This document shows positions 1 to 11,900 of a stretch of DNA of 64,000 nucleotides, piece by piece. Source of the stretch: an uncultured bacterium (lineage in GTDB: Bacteria; Fidelibacterota; Marinisomatia; Marinisomatales; JABMOV01); contig CAZZIU010000002.1 of assembly GCA_964654545.1 (NCBI GenBank), positions 48,903 to 112,902 on the forward strand, read 5' to 3'. Numbering within the stretch: the first letter of the stretch is position 1; the number at the start of each line of letters is the position of its first letter. The notes beneath the pieces are model-generated. The model did no database searches and was not told the DNA's origin. It saw only the letters and a list, made by a program, of their open reading frames with translations. The translations under genes and the position numbers were made by a program.

Positions 1-477
1 TTTGCCAAAATGCCCGGTGGGTATATTTTTGGAATTCTCTTTTTTCTGCTACTAACCCTTGCAGCATTAACATCTGCAATATCATTGTTGGAAGTGGTGG
101 TGGCTTATTTCGTGGATGAAAAAGGTTGGGGAAGACATAACGCGGTAATGGTGTTTGGCTTCGTCACTTTTTTGCTCGGGGTATTGAGCGCCCTCTCTTT
201 TAATGTCATGGCTGATTTCACAATTTTTGGAATGAACTTTTTTGACATTTCCGATTATCTGGCATCCAATATTCTACTTCCATTGGGCGGATTTTTCATT
301 GCTATTTTTGTGGGATGGGTCTGGGGAATTGATAAGGCAATTCTTGAATTAAAACATGGTGCAGAGTCGATCATTGAAAACAACCAGTGGTTTACCATAC
401 TATGGTCGATATTTTTGAAAATTATTTCACCCATACTCATATTCATTGTGTTACTTTACAAACTAGGTATCATTTAA
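1..477 (+). CDS. Sodium-dependent transporter, neurotransmitter:sodium symporter (SNF/NSS) family, C-terminal part; the 5' end lies outside the window
   Basis: The frame is open from base 1 (FAKMPGGYIFGILFFLLLTLAALTSAISLLEVVVAYF...). The hydrophobic TM pattern and the AALTS..SLLE segment are typical of NSS transporters. Confidence 0.75.
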   Translation, partial: FAKMPGGYIFGILFFLLLTLAALTSAISLLEVVVAYFVDEKGWGRHNAVMVFGFVTFLLGVLSALSFNVMADFTIFGMNFFDISDYLASNILLPLGGFFIAIFVGWVWGIDKAILELKHGAESIIENNQWFTILWSIFLKIISPILIFIVLLYKLGII

Positions 478-489
478 CCGGAGAAATTT

Positions 490-1293
490 ATGTGGATCGC
501 CCGTCTCTTACCAGAAGGCACAAGTCGTTACGCCTCTGCTGCTACACTATTTAAATCATTGGATTGGATAATGGATTATAGACCATTGGAATGGTTTACA
601 CCGTGGATCATATTTGCAGCAGGTGTAGGATGGAGGAAAGCCGTAGCAGATCGGTATTTTTTCTGGGATTTCTCAAACTGGGGTTTGGAAGTGGCCGTTG
701 CCCTGATTTTTGGAGTTGGTTTTGCATGGTTTCTAAAAAACAATGATACGTTACCAATAGATCGGCAATTGGAGAATCCATTGAGAGGATTTACTCTCTA
801 TTTAGGAATAGGAATCGTACTATTTCTCGTTGGATGGTTTGGAAACCCACTAACCGGACTAGCGGTTGGGTATCCGTATTTTCTCTCCATTCTTGCCATC
901 ATGGCGATATTTATGATCCCACTTGGGAAAGATGAAAAGGATTCCTACAAAATCCTTGATCATAAAAAACGAATTTCTTTTTCAGCTTTTTCATTTGGAT
1001 TATCCGTTCTTGTAGTTGCAATCGGATTTATGCAGGATGAACCGGTCATAAGCACAGCCGCAGCTGTTTATGCACTTTTTCCGTTGGCATCGCTCATCGC
1101 ACCTCATCCACGTCATGTGAGAAGGGCAAGACTGTATTCCGTATTTATATTTGGATTCTTTATTTCAATGCGAGCTCCCTGGTTGTTGATAATGATGTTT
1201 GTCCATTTTCATGGGATGCGGTTTTACAATTATTTTCGTCATGGAATTGTTTCTCCGACACTCATAATAGAAGCAAAAGAGGATCAGCGCTGA
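490..1293 (+). CDS. Polytopic integral membrane protein of unknown family (about 7 TM), first gene of the ferredoxin/GGR cassette
   Basis: GGAG lies upstream of the ATG. Multiple hydrophobic helices, and a His-rich C-terminus (HPRHVRRA...HFHGMRFYNYFRHG). I recognise no family motif. Confidence 0.6.
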   Translation: MWIARLLPEGTSRYASAATLFKSLDWIMDYRPLEWFTPWIIFAAGVGWRKAVADRYFFWDFSNWGLEVAVALIFGVGFAWFLKNNDTLPIDRQLENPLRGFTLYLGIGIVLFLVGWFGNPLTGLAVGYPYFLSILAIMAIFMIPLGKDEKDSYKILDHKKRISFSAFSFGLSVLVVAIGFMQDEPVISTAAAVYALFPLASLIAPHPRHVRRARLYSVFIFGFFISMRAPWLLIMMFVHFHGMRFYNYFRHGIVSPTLIIEAKEDQR

Positions 1294-1294
1294 C

Positions 1295-1471
1295 GTGATT
1301 GAAATTGAAAAAAATAAATGTGATTTCTGTGGCTGCTGTGTTGGGGTTTGTCCCCCTGATTGTATAGAGCTTAAAGAAGCAGAAATCTCCATTGACCATG
1401 CTATCTGCATTGATTGTGACCTGTGTGTGTATGTTTGTCCAATAGAAGTACTGCACCATGTGGAAAGATAA
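1295..1471 (+). CDS. 2x[4Fe-4S] ferredoxin, 58 aa (absent from the supplied ORF track)
   Basis: GTG 1295 to TAA 1469-1471 translates to VIEIEKNKCDFCGCCVGVCPPDCIELKEAEISIDHAICIDCDLCVYVCPIEVLHHVER, which has two CxxCxxCxxxCP motifs. There is a 1-nt gap to the upstream stop and a 14-nt overlap with the next ATG. Confidence 0.8.
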   Translation: MIEIEKNKCDFCGCCVGVCPPDCIELKEAEISIDHAICIDCDLCVYVCPIEVLHHVER

Positions 1472-2645
1472 TTCATACGACATCATTGTTGTTGGCGGTG
1501 GTCCTGCAGGATCAACGTTTGCATTGCATGCGGCGCAGGCTGGGTTGGCAGTCATCCTATTGGAGAAAGACCGGGATATCGGAATGCCTGTCCGTTGTGG
1601 AGAAGCAGTTAGCGACGCGGGATTACGAATATTTCACGAACCGCAGGAAAGGTGGATTCGATCCACTATAAATCAAATAAAATTGGTGGCACCGGATAAA
1701 ACCGAAATTGAATTTGGTTTAAAGGAACACGGATATATCCTTGATCGGAGAATTTTTGATTATGATTTGGCACAGTATGCCGGGAATGCGGGAGCCAAAA
1801 TTGTTACGAAAGCATACGTAAATGGACTGCTTTTTGATAATGATACCGTTTGCGGTGTCACCGGTGAGCACCTGAATGAGGCATTTTCTATAAAGGCAAA
1901 ATTGGTTGTTGGTGCGGATGGTGTTGAAAGCAGAATCGGACGATTCGCAGGCATCAGTACTTCCATCAAACTTAAAGATATGGAATCAGCGATTCAGAAA
2001 ACTGTATCGGGGATTAAGGTCAAGCCAAGCCGATTTGATTTCTATTTATCAAGTTTCTGGGCTCCCGGCGGATATTTGTGGGTATTCCCAAAAGGAAAAA
2101 ATATGGCAAATATCGGATTAGGAATCTCCGGCACCTATGCACGCCAGGGTATAGCAGCTCATACCTTTCTGGAAAGGTTTATTGAAGAATACTACCCCAG
2201 TGCATCGGTTCTTACTACGGTAGTAGGTGGTGTACCCGTCGCAAAAACATTAAAACAAATCACAGCAGATGGATTGGTATTGGTAGGGGATGCTGCGCGG
2301 ACAGTAAATCCGGTAACCGGTGGTGGAATTATCTCAGGTATGCGTAGTGGCCTGTTGGCTGCAGAGAATGCAATTGATGTAATTAAAGCCGGAAAACATC
2401 CATCCACAAATAACTTACGCGGGTATGAAAAATCCTGGCACAAGATTGGTGGGAAAAACCATGAAAGATTCTATCGCCTCAAAGAAGCAATATTTCGATT
2501 TACCGATAGTGATTTAAATCGGATTGCCGATGCTATTGTCAAAATACCGGAAGCCGATCGAAATCTATTCAAGTTGTTTTCCACCGCTGTGGCAAAAAAA
2601 CCATCTTTGTTGGTTGATGTTGCTCGCTTATTTACAGGAATTTAA
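1458..2645 (+). CDS. Geranylgeranyl reductase family FAD-dependent oxidoreductase
   Basis: N-terminal dinucleotide fold YDIIVVGGGPAGS, plus RCGEAVS, VVGADGVESR and PGGYLWVFPKG, all characteristic of GGR/BchP-type reductases. Confidence 0.85.
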   Translation: MWKDNSYDIIVVGGGPAGSTFALHAAQAGLAVILLEKDRDIGMPVRCGEAVSDAGLRIFHEPQERWIRSTINQIKLVAPDKTEIEFGLKEHGYILDRRIFDYDLAQYAGNAGAKIVTKAYVNGLLFDNDTVCGVTGEHLNEAFSIKAKLVVGADGVESRIGRFAGISTSIKLKDMESAIQKTVSGIKVKPSRFDFYLSSFWAPGGYLWVFPKGKNMANIGLGISGTYARQGIAAHTFLERFIEEYYPSASVLTTVVGGVPVAKTLKQITADGLVLVGDAARTVNPVTGGGIISGMRSGLLAAENAIDVIKAGKHPSTNNLRGYEKSWHKIGGKNHERFYRLKEAIFRFTDSDLNRIADAIVKIPEADRNLFKLFSTAVAKKPSLLVDVARLFTGI

Positions 2646-5467
2646 TGGAATTATCTAAATTATTACATGAAGTACAATTATCCACGTTTATTGCTTTCGA
2701 TTTTGAAACCACAGGTTTGGACCCGGAAAACGATCGAATCATAGAAATCGCGGCCATTCGATTTGAAAATGGCAAACCTGCAGATTCATTTGTTACACTG
2801 GTTAATCCAAAACAGGATATATCGCAATTCATCACAGAAATCACCAGTATTTCTAATGATATGGTGAAGAATTCCCCAATTGAAGATGATATAATAGAAG
2901 AATTTTATGATTTTTTAGGCAGCGATCCACTGGTTGCCCACAATATAAGTTTCGATATCTCTTTCCTGAAATCTTTATGGAGGCGACATCACAAAGAATT
3001 ACAACCGCATGAACTCTATGATACATTGCCTTTGGTAAGGTCATTAATGTTTGATAATCCTGCTTTTAACCTCGGTACATCCGCTGAAATGTTCGGTTTA
3101 GATGCAAAAGGATCTCACCGGGCAAAGAAAGATGCTGAAAATTGTGGATTCATATTCACCAAATTGGTAAATGAAGTACCAAGTCTATCAATGGAGACAC
3201 TATCTAAAATTGTCGAAGTGACGCAATATTATGATATGCCAAACAAGCCATTATTCGAACGAATGGCAAATATGGTTGCCCGTCAGGGAATCTCGAGCGG
3301 TTCTCTTGAGCCATCATCCGTGAAGCGGAATATGGAATCAAATATTTATCAACGAAACGGAAAGCATAATGCCAGTGATTTCAGTGCTGATAATGTGTTT
3401 GGCCAATCAGGATTTTTGTCCATATCCATGGAAAAATACGAAGAGCGACACGATCAAATTCGATTTGCTCAATTTGTAGAGGATCGGATAAACGGTGAAA
3501 AGTCCATAGGGGTCATAGAAGCAGGTACCGGTTTAGGGAAATCCATGGCCTATCTGTTCCCTGCATTAAAGAAATCCTCTGAATTCACTGATGATGGACC
3601 GGTCATCGTATCTTGTTATACAAAGCATTTGCAGGATCAACTGTTTTTCAAAGATTTACCTAAGCTTGCTGACTCGGCGGATATATCGGTTCAGGCGGTG
3701 GTATTGAAAGGCCGAAGAAATTATATCTGTAAAACTAGATTTTTCGCCTTGCTCGCTGATGCAAAACGAATGCTATCAGCAAATGAGGTGGAATCATTAC
3801 TGCCCATCCTGGTGTGGTTAGACTATACAAATACGGGAGACTTATCAGAATGTGGCGGTTTCTGGAGCGGAAAACCATCGCGTCTTGTATCCATGATCAG
3901 TAGTGAGCCAGGTTACTGTACTACATCACTATGTAAAAAACACGAAGGCTGCTATTTTGGAAAACTCCGACAAGCGGTTTTTAATGCTCAATTAATAATC
4001 GTGAATCATTCACTATTATTAACGGACATGGGGGCGCCGGGCTATTTGCCTGAATACAACACGGTCATTATTGATGAAGGGCATAATCTGGTAAGCGCCG
4101 CGTACCAGCAATTAACCATTGCCATGGACAAATACGTTGTACAGAATACATTGCGGGATGCAGACCCAACTCAGGCATTAAACTTTCGATGGACACATAC
4201 CATGGATTATTTAGCCTCTGTGAACAACGAAATGATGCGGCACAAAGACCATCTTTTCCAATTGGCTGAAAAATGCGCAACAACTGCAGATGCAATGTTT
4301 GGTTCCATGGCGGCAACATATGTTGATCGTTACAATCCAAATGATGCGTATACCAAAAAAGTCATTACAGACAATTTAATGGAAGAATACGGTCCGGTTT
4401 TTGGGGAAATCCATGCCTTCCTTGCTGAGATAAAAGCGTACCGCGAAGTATTTGACAAGATAAAGCAGATTGCCCTGAATCATGAATCTCCTGAGACAGA
4501 ATACCCGGAATTAAAACTAGCTCTGGAAAAAAACATTGAGCAGTTGGATACACTTGCCACTGTAATACAAAAGTTAACAGAACAACAGAACGGTGATTGG
4601 GTCTACTGGCAGGAAGGACGATTCTACCGTAAAGTTCCAATGCAACCCACATTGGAAATAAAATTAAATGCAGCACCAATAAACGTATCTGAAACATTGC
4701 GATCGGAATTTTTTGAACAATTGGATCATGCTGTCATTACTTCAGCGACACTGCAGGTGGATGATTCATTTAAATATTTTCAGGCCAGGGCCGGTTTAGA
4801 TGGAAGCATTCAAAGAAAAGTAAAAGCAACAACCTTCCGGAGTCCATTTTACTATCCTGATCAGGTAAAATATTATCAGTACAGTGGCGCTCAGACGATC
4901 ACCAATAACCCGGAGGCGATTGCATCGGTAATATATTCAAGCTATAAACGCCATGGGAAGCGTATAATGGCATTATTTACCGCTCATGCCATACTCAACG
5001 CGGTGTACCATGCATTACGCAGGAAACCGGGAGGAAAAGAGTTACCACTTTTTGCCCAGGGATTTGGTTCTTCAAGGTATGGCCTGATAAAAGGAATGTC
5101 ATCCGTCGAAAATGGAATTTTACTTGGTACCAATTCGTTTTGGGAAGGTGTTGACCTACCGGGGGACTTACTGGAAATATTAATTATAACAAAATTGCCA
5201 TTTGATGTACCCAGTGAACCAATCATTAAAGCGTATTCGGATATGATTAAGGAACAGGGCGGAAATAGTTTTCTTGAATATTCCATACCAGAGTGTGTCA
5301 TGAAATTCCGACAGGGATTTGGGCGATTGATTCGTACCACCACTGATGACGGTATTTTTATCGTACTGGATGAACGCATTATTACCAAACGTTACGGTCA
5401 ACATTTTCGTGATGCTATTCCTGTGCCATTTACCATATTTAGCCAAATCGAAGAATTAGAATATTAA
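2645..5467 (+). CDS. dinG: DinG-family ATP-dependent DNA helicase with N-terminal DEDDh (DnaQ-like) 3'-5' exonuclease domain and Fe-S cysteines
   Basis: Exo motifs AFDFETTGL, AHNISFDISFL and HRAKKDAENCG. Walker A AGTGLGKS and DEGH box IIDEGHNL. Cysteines C362 and C425-x4-C430-x5-C436. Confidence 0.85.
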   Translation: MELSKLLHEVQLSTFIAFDFETTGLDPENDRIIEIAAIRFENGKPADSFVTLVNPKQDISQFITEITSISNDMVKNSPIEDDIIEEFYDFLGSDPLVAHNISFDISFLKSLWRRHHKELQPHELYDTLPLVRSLMFDNPAFNLGTSAEMFGLDAKGSHRAKKDAENCGFIFTKLVNEVPSLSMETLSKIVEVTQYYDMPNKPLFERMANMVARQGISSGSLEPSSVKRNMESNIYQRNGKHNASDFSADNVFGQSGFLSISMEKYEERHDQIRFAQFVEDRINGEKSIGVIEAGTGLGKSMAYLFPALKKSSEFTDDGPVIVSCYTKHLQDQLFFKDLPKLADSADISVQAVVLKGRRNYICKTRFFALLADAKRMLSANEVESLLPILVWLDYTNTGDLSECGGFWSGKPSRLVSMISSEPGYCTTSLCKKHEGCYFGKLRQAVFNAQLIIVNHSLLLTDMGAPGYLPEYNTVIIDEGHNLVSAAYQQLTIAMDKYVVQNTLRDADPTQALNFRWTHTMDYLASVNNEMMRHKDHLFQLAEKCATTADAMFGSMAATYVDRYNPNDAYTKKVITDNLMEEYGPVFGEIHAFLAEIKAYREVFDKIKQIALNHESPETEYPELKLALEKNIEQLDTLATVIQKLTEQQNGDWVYWQEGRFYRKVPMQPTLEIKLNAAPINVSETLRSEFFEQLDHAVITSATLQVDDSFKYFQARAGLDGSIQRKVKATTFRSPFYYPDQVKYYQYSGAQTITNNPEAIASVIYSSYKRHGKRIMALFTAHAILNAVYHALRRKPGGKELPLFAQGFGSSRYGLIKGMSSVENGILLGTNSFWEGVDLPGDLLEILIITKLPFDVPSEPIIKAYSDMIKEQGGNSFLEYSIPECVMKFRQGFGRLIRTTTDDGIFIVLDERIITKRYGQHFRDAIPVPFTIFSQIEELEY

Positions 5468-5537
5468 ACCAGATTTTTCTTTAATTCTTTTATTTCAACA
5501 GCTTGTATTCTAAATCCCAGGTATCCTAATTTCGCCA

Positions 5538-8521
<2,984 letters not shown>

Positions 8522-8523
8522 AT

Positions 8524-8778
8524 CTAAGAGAGTGAATTAACGTGCTTCGTTAATTGCGCTTTTTTCCTGGCCGCGTTATTCTTATGTATCAGGTTTGCGC
8601 TGGCCATTTTATCCACAAAGCTTACCGCATCACGATAAGGTTGTTCAGCGTCTTTAGCTTTTTTAATATTTAGCACATTTTTTACTAGCGTGTTCATCCT
8701 GGATAAATTTTTAATATTTCGTTCCCTACGGGTTTTATCCTGGCGTTCGCGTTTAATTTGTTGCGGATGTCTATCCAT
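8524..8778 (-). CDS. rpsT: 30S ribosomal protein S20
   Basis: 84 aa and very basic. QIKRERQDKTRRERN...HKNNAARKKAQL matches the S20 pattern. Convergent with guaB, with a 2-nt gap. Confidence 0.9.
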   Translation of the reverse strand: MDRHPQQIKRERQDKTRRERNIKNLSRMNTLVKNVLNIKKAKDAEQPYRDAVSFVDKMASANLIHKNNAARKKAQLTKHVNSLS

Positions 8779-8959
8779 TCAAATAATATTCCTTCGTATT
8801 TAGCCGCGAAAATTATTTCACACTGATTTACAAATCAACGAATAATGCACGCTGTCCGTTAATATTATTGCAGGGGTTCACTTTTACAAAGTTTATATGA
8901 TTAATTGGTAGTGCAATCTCATATTTTATGGCAGGTAGCATTTCCGTACATTTTCTTGC

Positions 8960-11900
8960 GTGAACACTATGAAAAACCCTCTAATCATCTGTTACTTAAT
9001 AGGTATTGCTTCACTTCATGGGGAAATACTTTATGAACGAGGAAGTCTGCGAGAATTTGTTGGAGGAAATTCAACAACATCCGAATACGATAATTATGTA
9101 TCCCACGTTGTAGAGGGTATTGCCGACCCTGGCTACAATGACTATGGTCCTGACTGGCTGGATGTCCAATCAAACGGATTTGGGAATTATACAGAGATTC
9201 CTGAAAATTCTCCGATTTTAACTTATTGGCAGGTGATTTTTCAATCGATTGTGGTAGGTGACACCACCACTGCAGACCAATTGCTCTCTGATTCTCTGGA
9301 TATATTTCACTACAACCTGGTTGTTTTTACCGATACAACGACCAACCGCGAATACTTCATGGTGAGAGAACAGCTGGATATGTCTTTTGTTGATCAGAAT
9401 TTACCTGCCACACCCAACGATGACGTTACCGGTAGCTTTACCAATGGGTGGGGACTCTTTGTCTATAGTCCTAGTGCGACCCGATCGCAGGTGCTTTTTG
9501 AAGTTCCCCATCCCTGTGATGATTTCATATCTCCCTACATTGCCACAGAGGCGTTTTTGGTCACAGATGCAAGGGCAATATGTTATTCTGGTACGGGAAG
9601 GGAAGTAATCTGGACGAATGTAGAGTCCTATTCCAATAATAAATCTTTATCAGATCCGTCAAGAAATGCCAATACTGTCTTTCATGTATTTCATCAAGTT
9701 GTATCAGAAGCACTATTTATGGAAGCATTGCATTCGCCAATTGTATTCCAAATACACAGTTTCGACAATGACGCGCACGAAGGGCTTCATTCGATTGTAT
9801 TATCAGCGGGCGCATTACACCCGATAGCAAATAAGCCTATTCGAGATTTATCATCCGATCATCGCGATATTATAAATTTCACCGAAGAGATCACTATTTA
9901 TGCAAACACATTTGGCCCCCACGGCTTGGTTCGTGTGGATGGTTATTATGAAGTATTTTACGATGATAATTTTCAGTACTTTGGTGACTATGGAACGTAC
10001 CCTATTAAAAAGGCCACTGAATTAAAAGGATCATCCAGTAATGTTCAATTAAATCACATCCATGGTATGCACAACAGCCGCGATGTGTATGAACCATTTG
10101 TCCATGTTGAATGCGATGAAAAGCCGGAAATATTTGATGCCATCAATATGCCACTTGATACGTTGTATGCCGGTGAGTATCCCACTTCATACATGAATTT
10201 TTCCATATTACTGGAATATTATGAGCCATTTATAAACGCCCTTGATGCCTACCTAACTGATTGGGAGACAGTCACCGATATAACGAGCCCGGATTCCATT
10301 TCAATCTTTTATCCTGTGACATTACTCCCTGACAATTCAAATTTTCAATGGGCTCCGGTTGAGGATACAAATTTTGAATCTTACCGGATTTATTTTGATA
10401 CCTTGACAATTCAACCTAATTCTCCCTATTTCGACAGAAATCAATTTTCGTTTTTGGCCGATATGCGAACAAATCACATATCCATTCCAACTAATGTATT
10501 GCCTGATACGTGTTTTTTAAGCATTCGCGCAATTGACTATTTGGGAAATGAATCACCCCTTTCAGAATCAGTACCAAATTATTTTGCAAATCATGGATTA
10601 CCGGTTACTGTCGTTGAATATGTGGATACATTGCAAAGTTTTGGATCCTATGGAGATGAAGATGTGGAACCTGAAGGATGGTCTTTCGATTCGGCAGGTA
10701 CAGATCAGCTTTTGTTATCGCTATTCGGTAATACATGGAAAACCCAGTCCATTAATCCATATTCTATTGACAGTACCAGCGTCTGGATTGTAAATACAAA
10801 AATTGATTCGATTGGAGAAATACAAGGACTGGGATTTAGGGCAGGGAATGATATCCTATGGTATTCATTTCATGGTTTAGAAGAATTGGATATTGAAGAA
10901 TGGGTAACGGTTTACCAAGGTTATTTTCCTACCGGACTATGGAATACTATTTACCTGCCCATAGGTGATGACTGGATAGCCAGATTTGAATACGAACCGG
11001 AAATAGAAGAGATAATCTACGTCAATGATGCAGATGCAGTAATTCCAGGCTCAATTCAGTTCAGGTCAATAGTAGATCTCACACCGGATCAGTATATCCC
11101 GCCTGAAGTATCTATTCAATCCGATGTGGGACCTGTGAGACGAATTGGAAGTGAGCGGAATGTCGTTGTTGATTTCTCTGCCTCTATTCAGGATCCTGAC
11201 AGCTACATTTTTCAATATCTCTGGCATTTTGGTGATGGCTCAACCAGTCCTGATCCTGATCCCTCCCATACCTACTCGGTATTGGATGATCACACCTATT
11301 CTGTTGTATTGGAGGTGATTGATCAACAGGGAGAAATTGGCAGAGGATATGCTCATATATTAGTAGATGAAGGAGAATCATCTTTGCCGATTCGATTGAA
11401 TTTTGTTGGGGACATTATGTTGGCTCGTCGCTTGGAAGATGCAGGTGGCGTCATCCCAACTAATGGTGTGGATGCACTGTTTGAGCCCACAATTGAGTTA
11501 TTCGGTAATGCGGCTGATTTATCGATTGCCAATCTGGAATGTGTATTAACGGATAGAGGGTCACCACATCCAACAAAGTCAATTGTATACCGCGGTTCAC
11601 CTGAAAATGTGACTGGTCTGGAAAATGCCGGTATTGATATAGTGTCGCTGGCAAACAACCACATGTTAGATTACGGTGATGAGGGGCTATACCAGACCCA
11701 GACGTTGTTAACCAATGCCAATATCAATTTCAGTGGTGCGGGGGAAAATTCAGTGATGTCATATCGACCACTCATAGTGTCCAGAAAAGGAATATCATTG
11801 GCATTTTTAGCATCTAGCGATCGAACCGGTCAATACAATAATTATCAGCCCTATCTAAATGCGGGTCTAAATAAAACCGGATTTGCCTATATGACGCCCT

